This document shows, piece after piece, positions 8,280 through 16,710 of a DNA stretch of 32,000 bases. The stretch is from the NCBI GenBank assembly GCA_949878425.1, contig CATLAL010000001.1, positions 168,706 through 200,705 of the forward strand, in the 5' to 3' direction. This DNA comes from an uncultured Oscillospiraceae bacterium. Lineage in GTDB: Bacteria > Bacillota > Clostridia > Oscillospirales > Oscillospiraceae. The first letter of the stretch is position 1. Every line of letters begins with the position of its first letter. The notes under the pieces were generated by a model that was not told the origin of the DNA, made no database searches, and saw only the letters and a list, made by a program, of their open reading frames with translations. The translations under genes and the position numbers were made by a program.

Positions 8280-9383
8280 ATGAAAATTGTTGTCTATGCT
8301 ATCTGCAAAAACGAGTCTCAATTTGTGGATCAATGGATGGACTCCATGTCCGAGGCGGATCAGATCGTTGTACTGGACACCGGCTCTACAGACAACACCG
8401 TCCAGCGCCTGCGGGACCGGGGCGCCCTGACGGTACAGGAGGCCATCCTGCCCTGGCGGTTTGATACGGCCCGCAACCGCTCTCTGGACCTGGTCCCCGA
8501 GGACGCGGACATCTGCGTCTGTACGGATCTGGATGAGGTGTTTCGCCCAGGCTGGCGGGAGAAGCTGGAGCGGGCCTGGTTTCCCGGCTGCGCCCAGGCG
8601 TCCTACCGGTACGTCTGGAGCTTCAACCCGGACGGCTCCGAGGGCGTTGTGTTCTGGTATGAGAAGATCCACACCCGGCGCGGATTTCGATGGGTCCACC
8701 CGGTCCACGAGGTTCTGAAGTGGACCGGCGGCGGCGCTCCCGGCCCCAAGATCACGGTGGAAGGGGTCCAGCTGGACCACCATCCGGACCCCTCCAAATC
8801 CAGAGGGCAGTACCTTCCCCTTCTGGAGCTGTCCGTGGCGGAGGACCCGGCGGATGACCGCGGCGTCCACTATCTGGGCCGGGAATACCTGTACCATGGC
8901 CGGTGGGACGAGTGCATCCGCACCCTTCTGCGCCATCTCGCCATGCCCACGGCCACCTGGCGGGACGAGCGGTGCGCCTCCATGCGGTATATTGCTAAGG
9001 CCTTTGCCGGAAAGGGGGAGACAGCCGCTGCCCGGGACTGGTACTTGCGGGCCGCGGCCGAGGCGCCCTATCTCCGGGAGCCCTATGTGGACCTGGCCAT
9101 GCTGCTCTACGAGGAGGCGCTTAATGGGGCGGAGGACGCCTGGGAGGGCGTCCTCTACTTCACCGCCTGCGCGCTGGCCATCAGGGAACGGCCCAAGACC
9201 TATATCAATGAAGCGTCCAGCTGGGGCAGCCTGCCCCACGACCTGCGCGCCATTGCCTTCTACCGCACCGGACGGCGGCGGGAGGCCCTGGAGGCGGCCA
9301 AAAGGGCGCTGGCCCTGGAGCCGGAAAGCAGGCGGCTCCAGGACAATGCCGCACTGCTAGAGAAGGAGAGCGGGACGCGCTGA
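8280..9383 (+). CDS. Family 2 glycosyltransferase with a C-terminal TPR-like helical region
   Basis: The N-terminus KIVVYAICKNESQFVDQWMDSMSEADQIVVLDTGSTDNT...CTDLDE has a GT-A fold with a DxD-like motif. The C-terminal half is helical-repeat-like (YLGREYLYHGRWDECI, AIAFYRTGRRREALEAAKRAL). Confidence 0.8.
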   Translation: MKIVVYAICKNESQFVDQWMDSMSEADQIVVLDTGSTDNTVQRLRDRGALTVQEAILPWRFDTARNRSLDLVPEDADICVCTDLDEVFRPGWREKLERAWFPGCAQASYRYVWSFNPDGSEGVVFWYEKIHTRRGFRWVHPVHEVLKWTGGGAPGPKITVEGVQLDHHPDPSKSRGQYLPLLELSVAEDPADDRGVHYLGREYLYHGRWDECIRTLLRHLAMPTATWRDERCASMRYIAKAFAGKGETAAARDWYLRAAAEAPYLREPYVDLAMLLYEEALNGAEDAWEGVLYFTACALAIRERPKTYINEASSWGSLPHDLRAIAFYRTGRRREALEAAKRALALEPESRRLQDNAALLEKESGTR

Positions 9384-9400
9384 TCCGGCGCGTCCCGCTC
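9368..9400. terminator. 13-bp GC hairpin between the convergent glycosyltransferase and small ORF
   Basis: GAGCGGGACGCGC-TGATCCG-GCGCGTCCCGCTC. The glycosyltransferase stop codon lies in the loop. There is no clear U-tract. Confidence 0.55.
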
Positions 9401-9403
9401 TCC

Positions 9404-9583
9404 TCAGGGGTTGGGGTCCTCCTCCCGAAGGTCCTCCGGGCGGTAGAACAGCATCTGTGTGCCGAACATGCCGCCGAGGAGGATGGGCCTCCTCTCCTGC
9501 TCCCGCTGCCGGGCTTCCTCCGGAAACTCCGCGCGGAACCAGTCGCTGTCCTCCGGCAGAGGATACGAGCTATTTTCTCGCAT
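9404..9583 (-). CDS. Possible 59-aa acidic small protein downstream of abrB (below the ORF-track cutoff)
   Basis: Hand translation gives MRENSSYPLPEDSDWFRAEFPEEARQREQERRPILLGGMFGTQMLFYRPEDLREEDPNP. The SD GAGGTG lies 7 nt upstream of the ATG. No homolog recognised. Confidence 0.45.
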   Translation of the reverse strand: MRENSSYPLPEDSDWFRAEFPEEARQREQERRPILLGGMFGTQMLFYRPEDLREEDPNP

Positions 9584-9750
9584 TGTCTGTCACCTCACGG
9601 TTCGGCCTTGGACCCCATGGAAAATGGAGCCCAAGGCCTAGTGTGCCGCGAGGCGGCGGCATTATGCGGGCAATTTCCGGTACAGGCGTAGAAACGCCCG
9701 CCGCCGGCTCCGGCGGAAAAAGCCCTCGCTTGAGGCTGTGAATACAGATT

Positions 9751-10005
9751 CTAAGCCTGTCTGGCGGCCTCCTGCAGCTCCCGGAGACACTTGGGGCAGA
9801 TGTTCTTCCCCTTGAAGATAGCAATGTCTCGGGCGCTGTCACAAAAAATGCAGGTGGGCCGGTATTTTTTCAAGATAACGGCGGAGCCCTCCACAAATAT
9901 TTCCAGCGTATCCCGCTCCGCGATATCCAGGGTTCGTCGAAGCTCAATGGGCAGCACAATCCGCCCCAGTTCGTCGACCCTTCTCACAATCCCCGTGGAT
10001 TTCAT
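9751..10005 (-). CDS. abrB: AbrB-family transition-state regulator (clostridial type with a C-terminal CxxC...CxxC)
   Basis: MKSTGIVRRVDELGRIVLPIELRRTL is the SpoVT/AbrB swapped-hairpin signature. The SD GGGAGG lies upstream. Confidence 0.9.
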   Translation of the reverse strand: MKSTGIVRRVDELGRIVLPIELRRTLDIAERDTLEIFVEGSAVILKKYRPTCIFCDSARDIAIFKGKNICPKCLRELQEAARQA

Positions 10006-10195
10006 GTCTGCATCCTCCCATGTGTTGCTGATGATCCGGGTTTCGGCGGTCCCTTCCTGGTAAGAATATCACACTTATATACCGCTTTTCAACATAATTC
10101 GACAAAAAAACTAAAAATTTTTTTGCATCTTTTCTATTCCGCACTGTATACATAGAGAGACGGAGATGTCCGGAAAAGGAAGGGAGCGGCGTAAT

Positions 10196-10774
10196 ATGGC
10201 AATGGCATGGGTGTGGACGGGCATGGTGGCGCTCTCCGTGGTCTACGGACTGCTGAACGATACCATCGGCGCGGTAGGCAGCGCGGCAATGGAGGGGGCG
10301 GCGGCGGCGGTGGAGCTGTGCCTCAACATGGCGGGGATTATGTGCCTGTGGAGCGGGGTCATGTCCATTATGAAGGCCTGCGGCCTCATGGATGGTCTCA
10401 GCCGCCTGTTCCGGCCCATTTTAAGCCGCCTGCTGCCCCGGGCCTGCCGGGATCCGGAGACGCTGGCCGCCCTCTCTGGCAACGTGTCCGCCAACCTGCT
10501 GGGTCTGGGCAACGCCGCCACGCCCCTGGGCATCCGGGCCGCGCAGCGGATGGCCGCCGGGACCAACGGCCGGGCCAGCGACGAGCTGTGCACGCTGGTG
10601 GTGCTGAACACCGCCTCCATCCAGCTTTTGCCCACCACGGTGGCGGGAGTCCGCGCCGCCCTGGGATCGGGCAGCGCCTTTGACATCCTGCCGGCGGTCT
10701 GGTTGGCCTCCCTATTGTCTGTGGCGGCGGGACTCACGGCGGCCAAGATTTTCTCCAAGCTCTGGCGGGGCTGA
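10196..10774 (+). CDS. spmA: Spore maturation protein A (nucleoside-recognition/Gate domain membrane protein)
   Basis: Contains WVWTGMVALSVVYGLLN...AVELCLNMAGIMCLWSGVM...NLLGLGNAATPLGIRA, and is paired with spmB. Confidence 0.85.
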   Translation: MAMAWVWTGMVALSVVYGLLNDTIGAVGSAAMEGAAAAVELCLNMAGIMCLWSGVMSIMKACGLMDGLSRLFRPILSRLLPRACRDPETLAALSGNVSANLLGLGNAATPLGIRAAQRMAAGTNGRASDELCTLVVLNTASIQLLPTTVAGVRAALGSGSAFDILPAVWLASLLSVAAGLTAAKIFSKLWRG

Positions 10775-10787
10775 GGGAGGGGGAGCT

Positions 10788-11306
10788 ATGGATTATTCCG
10801 CCTATCTGGTCCCTCTGCTGCTGGTGTCGGTGGCAGTTTTCGCCATGGGGAAGCGGGTCAACGTCTACAGCGCCCTGACCGAGGGCGCGGAGGATGGACT
10901 GCGGGTGCTGATGCGGGTCCTGCCGGCCCTGGTGGGACTGATGACCGCGGTCTATATGCTGCGGGCCTCCGGAGCCATGGAGCTGCTGGGGGAGCTGCTG
11001 GCGCCCCTGTTGGTCCGGCTGGGCATCCCGCCGGAGACGGCGGCGCTGCTCTTCATCCGGCCCGTCAGCGGCAGCGGTGCGCTGGCCATCGGCAGCGAGC
11101 TCATGGCCTCCCACGGACCGGACTCCTACGTGGGCCGGGTGGCGGCGGTGATGCTGGGCAGCACGGAGACCACCTTTTATACCATCGCTGTCTACTTCGG
11201 CTCCGCCGGCGTCAGCAAAACCCGCTACGCCATTCCCGCCGCCCTGATCGCCGACCTCACCGGATTTATGGCCGCCGCCTTCGCGGTGCGGCTGCTGTTT
11301 GGGTGA
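10788..11306 (+). CDS. spmB: Spore maturation protein B
   Basis: Contains MDYSAYLVPLLLV...VYSALTEGAEDGLRV...RPVSGSGALAI...GSTETTFYTIAVYFG. The SD GGGAGGGGGAG lies upstream. Confidence 0.85.
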   Translation: MDYSAYLVPLLLVSVAVFAMGKRVNVYSALTEGAEDGLRVLMRVLPALVGLMTAVYMLRASGAMELLGELLAPLLVRLGIPPETAALLFIRPVSGSGALAIGSELMASHGPDSYVGRVAAVMLGSTETTFYTIAVYFGSAGVSKTRYAIPAALIADLTGFMAAAFAVRLLFG

Positions 11307-11360
11307 TTTTTTTCATCTGTCGGGAGTGCCTGTGTATACGATAGCTCCGGGGCTAACGCC

Positions 11361-11391
11361 GCCGGGGGCGAAAGCCCCCGGCGCGTTTTTT
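11361..11391 (+). terminator. Intrinsic terminator after spmB
   Basis: GCCGGGGGC-GAAA-GCCCCCGGC followed by GCGTTTTTT. Confidence 0.7.
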
Positions 11392-11440
11392 GGGTGCTTT
11401 TCGCACGGGCAAAACGTACCGTCCCCGTCCCGGGCCGCGA

Positions 11441-11472
11441 AAAGGGGGCCCGCCCCACGGCAGGCCCCCTTT
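11441..11472 (-). terminator. Putative terminator for the ispE/small-ORF unit
   Basis: On the minus strand, a hairpin GGGGGCC...GGCCCCC is followed by TTTTCG. Confidence 0.5.
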
Positions 11473-11477
11473 CCGCT

Positions 11478-11705
11478 TTATGAGAGATGGAGGAAAGAGA
11501 GAAGCAGATCCAGGCCCTTGAGTCGAAAGACAATTCCCTCCGACTCCCAGCGGAAGCCTCCGGCCATGTCGCTGGAGAGTCCGGCGGTGGTCAGCTGCTC
11601 CGCGATGGGGGAGAAGAGCACGCCCCACCACATGGGAAGGCTGTAGAGCAGCATGGCGCAGAGGCCGACAGCCAGGGAAATGAGCACCTTTGTCCGTAAT
11701 TTCAT
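11478..11705 (-). CDS. Possible small membrane protein (75 aa) downstream of ispE
   Basis: The ATG at 11705 gives MKLRTKVLISLAVGLCAMLLYSLPMWWGVLFSPIAEQ... with a hydrophobic N-terminus. The SD is weak. The gene sits between ispE and a terminator. No homolog recognised. Confidence 0.4.
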   Translation of the reverse strand: MKLRTKVLISLAVGLCAMLLYSLPMWWGVLFSPIAEQLTTAGLSSDMAGGFRWESEGIVFRLKGLDLLLSFLHLS

Positions 11706-11762
11706 AGCAAACACCGCCCATACTGGAGTTGTTGCATCCAGTATAGACGGTGTTTTCCGATT

Positions 11763-12629
11763 TTATACAGCCCTGCCCGCCGGCCGGCACAAAAAAGTGG
11801 CGGGGAACTGCCGGCCCAGGGCCTCCCTGGCCCGTTCAGCGTTCTCCCGGTCCCGGAACAGCCCAAACACCGTGGGGCCGCTGCCGGTCATGGAGGCCCC
11901 TATCGCCCCCAGCTCCAGCAGACGGCTTTTGATCTCAAATACCTGGGCGTACCGTCGGGGCAGCACGTCCTCGAATACGTTGTAGAGCCGCCGGGCAACC
12001 CCCTCCAGGTCGCCGGCCTCCAGCGCCGCCAGCAGGCCCGCCGTCTGGGGGTGGAAGCGCAGCCGTTTGACGCGCACCAGGGAAAAGAGCTCCGGCGTGG
12101 AGACGGCGCAGCCGGGCTTGCACACGGTGAGCCAGCACGGCGGAAGGGCCGGCAGATCCGTCAGCCGCTCCCCCCGCCCCTCCGCCAGCACCGTCCCGCC
12201 CCGGATACAGTAGGGGACGTCGCTGCCAACCAGGCTCCCGATCTCCTCCAGGCGCTCCAGGGGCAGCTCCGGCGCGTAGGCCCGGCGCAGAATCCGCAGC
12301 ACCGCCGCGCTGTCGCTGCTGCCCCCCCCCATGCCCGCGCACACCGGAATCCGCTTTTGCAGGCCAATGGACAACCCCGGCGGCGGCAGCCCCGTCTCCT
12401 CAAAAAAGCGGACCGCCGCCTTAACCGCCAGATTGCTCTCCCCCTTGGGAAGATACGGGAAATTTGTCTCCGCCTCATACCCCGGCTCCTCCCGAACGGC
12501 CACTGTCAGCTCGTCCGTTAAGTCGATGGACTGCATCACCATTCGCAGATCGTGGTATCCATCCGTCCGCTTCCCAAGTATGTCCAGCGTCAGGTTCAGC
12601 TTCGCGTAGGCCAGATCGGTATAGACCAT
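11763..12629 (-). CDS. ispE: 4-diphosphocytidyl-2-C-methyl-D-erythritol kinase
   Basis: Contains AYAKLNLTLDILGKRTDGYHDL and the GHMP kinase loop IPVCAGMGGGSSDSAA. The SD AAGGAG lies upstream of the ATG at 12629. Confidence 0.9.
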   Translation of the reverse strand: MVYTDLAYAKLNLTLDILGKRTDGYHDLRMVMQSIDLTDELTVAVREEPGYEAETNFPYLPKGESNLAVKAAVRFFEETGLPPPGLSIGLQKRIPVCAGMGGGSSDSAAVLRILRRAYAPELPLERLEEIGSLVGSDVPYCIRGGTVLAEGRGERLTDLPALPPCWLTVCKPGCAVSTPELFSLVRVKRLRFHPQTAGLLAALEAGDLEGVARRLYNVFEDVLPRRYAQVFEIKSRLLELGAIGASMTGSGPTVFGLFRDRENAERAREALGRQFPATFLCRPAGRAV

Positions 12630-12978
12630 AGGCGCTCCTTTCCGGCGCACGCTTTTGAAAATACCGCGCGCCCCTATTCCCTGATGAATACTGTATGCTG
12701 CCGTGAGCGCATATCCCGCGGTTCCGGCATATACTGGAGCAGCCGCGGAATGTGGGAGAGCACGCCGTCTGACTTTGCCGGCCGGGCCCTCTCCTCAATG
12801 CGCGGCAAAGAGCTTTTTGCGGATTTAACAGGATCAAGCTCAACAGGCGCCGCATAAACGGCTGCTCCCGCCGCCCTGGAAGAGACGGCGCTGGAGCCGC
12901 AGCCTTTATGCCGGAACCTGGTCCAAAAGAATTCCTGCCGCCTGGAATCCTGCGGGCGGCGGAAAAGAAGGGGACCAT

Positions 12979-13872
12979 ATGCGGCAGATTCAATGGCAGG
13001 ATCGATTTAATATCGGGGTCGAGATCGTAGATAAGGCGCACCGCAGGCTTTTTACCATTGTTGAAAAAATGATGGATCTCTATGTGGAGAAGCATGAGAA
13101 CAGATTCGCCTGTGTGGAAGGAATCAAGTATTTTAAGGCCTATGCCCTTCAGCATTTTGCTGAGGAGGAGGCCTATATGCGCCAGATCGGCTACGCCGGC
13201 TATTCAGCCCACAAGAAGCTTCACGACAAGATGAGGCTGGAAACGCTTCCGGCGCTGGAGCGCCTGCTCTACGACTCGAATTTTTCCACGGAAGCGGTGC
13301 AGCGCTTTATCGGCGTGTGCACCGGGTGGCTGACCGGCCACATCCTCATCGAGGACCGGGCTATTATCGGAACAGCGGACAACAAATCGGCTCTCCTGCG
13401 GCCGGAGGGGGAGTTGTCTGTGATTGATACGGTCATCGTCTCCCCCCTGCAGGAGATATTTGGATGTCAGATCCAATTTATCGGGACGTTTTCCACAAAG
13501 GATGCCATTTTGAACGCACAGTATTATGAGCTGACCTATAGCACCCAGGAGGAGCGCCTGCTCCGGATCATTTTGATTATAGAGGAGCGGATGCTGCTCC
13601 GCGCGGCGGGGTTGGCCTTTGGAATTGATTTTTACGAGAGGAATGAAATCGTCTGCTTCGCCATGCAGGAGATCGCGCAGAATCTGATTCAGCGGGCGGA
13701 GTTCGTCTTTGGGAGAAGGCCGGACGAATATCAGCTGGAAACGGGGCGCTTTTTAGAGCGGGAGGAGTTTTGTGAGATATTCGGAGCGCGGGAACCCCAG
13801 TACAGCCTGCTGTTTGAGGTAAAGGAGGGGTGCTTCGCCCTCTGCTTTGACCAGATTCCAGAACCCGGCTGA
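12979..13872 (+). CDS. Hemerythrin-like metal-binding domain protein with an extra ~160-aa C-terminal domain (possibly CheX/CheC-like)
   Basis: The N-terminus WQDRFNIGVEIVDKAHRRLF...HFAEEE...HKKLHD...HILIED fits the bacteriohemerythrin H/HxxxE/HxxxH/HxxxxD pattern. The C-terminal assignment is a weak visual resemblance only. Confidence 0.8.
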   Translation: MRQIQWQDRFNIGVEIVDKAHRRLFTIVEKMMDLYVEKHENRFACVEGIKYFKAYALQHFAEEEAYMRQIGYAGYSAHKKLHDKMRLETLPALERLLYDSNFSTEAVQRFIGVCTGWLTGHILIEDRAIIGTADNKSALLRPEGELSVIDTVIVSPLQEIFGCQIQFIGTFSTKDAILNAQYYELTYSTQEERLLRIILIIEERMLLRAAGLAFGIDFYERNEIVCFAMQEIAQNLIQRAEFVFGRRPDEYQLETGRFLEREEFCEIFGAREPQYSLLFEVKEGCFALCFDQIPEPG

Positions 13873-13978
13873 CCGGCCGCTCCCCGCGTTTTCGCGGCGT
13901 CCAGCCCAAATTTCCCATAGACAAGGGGAGCTTTGATCCCAACAGCTTCCCTAGCTTCCTTCTGAAACAGTACGCCAT

Positions 13979-14013
13979 ATAGGCGCCGCAGGGATTTCGC
14001 CCGCGGCGCCTAT
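13979..14013. terminator. Hairpin between the convergent hemerythrin-domain gene and ackA
   Basis: AGGCGCCGC-loop-GCGGCGCCT (9-bp stem) flanked by AT / AT. Confidence 0.45.
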
Positions 14014-14103
14014 TGTCAAGTCCCGCCGCGTTATTCAGCGTGGGAATCCGTTATGTATCGCGGGCCAGCGCGGCGCGGCGGCGGGGCCGCAAATCATGGC
14101 GGA

Positions 14104-15294
14104 TTACTTCTTGCACAGCTCGGCGGTATCCATGGCGATCATCAGCTCCTCGTTGGTGGGGATGACGAAGATCTTCACCCTGGAGCCGGCCGCGGAGACG
14201 TCCGCCTCCCTGCCGCGGACCTTGTTCTTCTCCGGGTCCATCTCCACGCCCATATACGCGAGCCCCTGGCAGATGTGCTCGCGCATATCCGTGGAGTTCT
14301 CGCCCACGCCGGCGGTGAACACGATGGCGTCCACCCCGCCCATGGCGCTGGCATACGCGCCGATGAACTTGCGCACCTCGTAGGCAAACTTGTCCAGAGC
14401 CAGCTGGGCCCGCGCGTTGCCCTTAGCGGCGGCCTCGTCCAGGTCCCGGAAGTCGGAGCTGACGCCGGAGATGCCCAGCACGCCGCTCTTCTTGTTGAGG
14501 ATGTTCAGCATCTCCTTGATATCATAGCCGTAGCGGCCCATGAGATACTCCAAAATGGTGGCGTCCACGTCGCCGGAGCGGGTGCCCATGGGGAAGCCGG
14601 CCAGGGGCCCCAGGCCCATGGTGGTGTCCACGCACTTGCCGTCCACCACGGCGGAGAGGCTGGAGCCGTTGCCCAGGTGGCAGCAGATCACCCGGCTGTG
14701 CTCCGGATTGCCCAGCAGGTCGATGGCCCGGGCGGAGACGTAGCGGTGGCTGGTGCCGTGGAAGCCGTAGCGGCGCACGTCGTCCTTCTCGTAGTACTCG
14801 TAGGGGATGGCGTAGATGTACGCCTTGGGGGGCATGGTCATGTGGAAGGCGGTGTCAAAGACGGCCACCTGGGGGGTGTTGGGCATGATCTTCTGGCAGG
14901 CCTCGATGCCCATGAGGTTGGCGGGGTTGTGGAGGGGCCCCAGGGGGATACACTTCTTGATGGCCTCGATGCACTTGTCGTCGATGATGCAGCTCTCGGT
15001 GAAGGCCATGCCGCCGTGGAGCACCCGGTGGCCCACGGCCGCGATCTCGTCCGTGGAGCGAATCACGCCCTTCTCCGGATCCGTCATGATGTCCAGCACC
15101 GCCTGGATCGCCTCGCCGTGGGTGGGCATGGGGATGTCCTGCTTCACATCCTCCCGGCCGGGGACCTTGTGGGTCAGGCGTCCGTCGATGCCGATGCGCT
15201 CGCACAGACCCTTGGCAAAGACCTGGCCGCCCTCGGACTCCATGAACTGATACTTCAGAGAGGAGCTGCCTGCGTTAATAATCAGAATTTTCAT
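14104..15294 (-). CDS. ackA: Acetate kinase
   Basis: Contains MKILIINAGSSSLKYQ, GHRVLHGG, FDTAFH, YGFHGTSH and IPTNEE. Confidence 0.95.
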   Translation of the reverse strand: MKILIINAGSSSLKYQFMESEGGQVFAKGLCERIGIDGRLTHKVPGREDVKQDIPMPTHGEAIQAVLDIMTDPEKGVIRSTDEIAAVGHRVLHGGMAFTESCIIDDKCIEAIKKCIPLGPLHNPANLMGIEACQKIMPNTPQVAVFDTAFHMTMPPKAYIYAIPYEYYEKDDVRRYGFHGTSHRYVSARAIDLLGNPEHSRVICCHLGNGSSLSAVVDGKCVDTTMGLGPLAGFPMGTRSGDVDATILEYLMGRYGYDIKEMLNILNKKSGVLGISGVSSDFRDLDEAAAKGNARAQLALDKFAYEVRKFIGAYASAMGGVDAIVFTAGVGENSTDMREHICQGLAYMGVEMDPEKNKVRGREADVSAAGSRVKIFVIPTNEELMIAMDTAELCKK

Positions 15295-15492
15295 GGGTTT
15301 TCTCTCCTTGCTTTGTTGTTATTGTTTTGTCATTTTTTGTTTCCGTACTGTGACTTGCTTTTCCGGCGGCATGCCGTTACAATAAAGCTATCCATATTGT
15401 AAACTATTCTTGCCGGTTAGACAACCATTTTTTGGAGTTTTTTCTAAAAAATACGGTTGTAGACCGGCGCTTGTCGTGGAGGAGGAGCGGCT

Positions 15493-16710
15493 ATGGCCGT
15501 GGCGGGCGTGATCGCGGAGTACAACCCCTTCCACCGGGGTCACGCCTGGCAGATTGCCGAGATCCGCCGCCGGCTGGGACCGGACACGGCGGTGGCGGTC
15601 TGCATGAGCGGAAACTTTGTTCAGCGGGGGGACTTCGCCCTCCTGCATAAAGGGGCCCGGGCGGAGATGGCCCTGCTGGGAGGGGCGGACCTGGTGCTGG
15701 AGCTGCCCACCCCCTGGTCCGCCGCCGGGGCGGAGCGGTTCGCCCAGGGGGGCGTATCGGTTCTGGCGGCCGCGGGCGTAGTGGACTATCTGGCCTTCGG
15801 CTGCGAGAGCGGAGCGCTGGAGCCCCTGCAAAGGATCGCGGCCTGTCTGGACAGCGAGCCCTGTCGCGCCGCCCTGCGCCGCTTTTTGGACAAGGGCATG
15901 TCCTTCGCCGCCGCCCGGCAGGCGGCGGTGGAGGAGCTGACGGACCGGGAGACGGCCTCGTGCCTGTCCCAGCCCAATAACGCCCTGGCGGTGGAGTACC
16001 TGCGATCGCTGAGGCCCACCGGCATCCGGCCTCTGGCCCTGCCCCGGGTGGGGGCGGGGCATGACAGCGGCGCGGAGAGCGATTTCCCCTCCGCCGACGC
16101 CATCCGGGAGCGGATTCTCTCCCATGGCGGCTGGCGCGCCATGCTGCCGGAAGCGTCCACCGCCATTGTCTCCCGGGAAATCGAGGCCGGACGGGCCCCG
16201 GCTTCCATGGCCGCCTGTGAGCGAGCCCTCCTGGCCCGGCTGCGGCGGATGTCTGAGGAGGACTTTCGCCCCTATGACGGAGGAAACGAGGGGCTCTACC
16301 ACCGCTTTTACGACGCGGTCCGCACTGCCGCCACGCTGGAGGATATCCTCCGGATGGCAAAGACAAAGCGCTATCCCCTGGCCCGGCTGCGGCGGATGCT
16401 GCTCCAGAGCGCTCTGGGCGTTCCCCAGGCGGCTCAGGGGGAGACGCCACCCTATCTGCGGGTCCTGGGGACCAGCGGGCGGGGCCGGGCGCTGCTGCGG
16501 CGGATGAAGGGGACGGCAAAGCTGCCCGTGCTCACCAAGCCCAGCCACATCCGGCGGCTGGACCGGGAGGCCCAGCGGGTCTTTGCCCAGGAATCGCTCT
16601 GCACGGACCTCTACGTCCTGGCCTGCCCGGACCTCCGGGAGGCGGGGCCGGGAGGCGAGTACCGGGCGGGACCGGCGGTGCTGCCGTTCAGGAAAGGAGA
16701 CGACCTATGA
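15493..16710 (+). CDS. tmcAL: tRNA(Met) cytidine acetate ligase (UPF0348/YlbM family nucleotidyltransferase)
   Basis: Contains GVIAEYNPFHRGHAWQI...MSGNFVQRGDFALLHKGARAEMAL..GADLVLELP, typical of TmcAL. Confidence 0.85.
   Translation: MAVAGVIAEYNPFHRGHAWQIAEIRRRLGPDTAVAVCMSGNFVQRGDFALLHKGARAEMALLGGADLVLELPTPWSAAGAERFAQGGVSVLAAAGVVDYLAFGCESGALEPLQRIAACLDSEPCRAALRRFLDKGMSFAAARQAAVEELTDRETASCLSQPNNALAVEYLRSLRPTGIRPLALPRVGAGHDSGAESDFPSADAIRERILSHGGWRAMLPEASTAIVSREIEAGRAPASMAACERALLARLRRMSEEDFRPYDGGNEGLYHRFYDAVRTAATLEDILRMAKTKRYPLARLRRMLLQSALGVPQAAQGETPPYLRVLGTSGRGRALLRRMKGTAKLPVLTKPSHIRRLDREAQRVFAQESLCTDLYVLACPDLREAGPGGEYRAGPAVLPFRKGDDL

Noticed and set aside
12684-12857. 57-aa plus-strand ORF (MNTVCCRERISRG...) in the ispE/hemerythrin intergenic region.
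   Set aside because: It has no SD, an Arg/Ser/Gly-rich composition and no recognisable motif.
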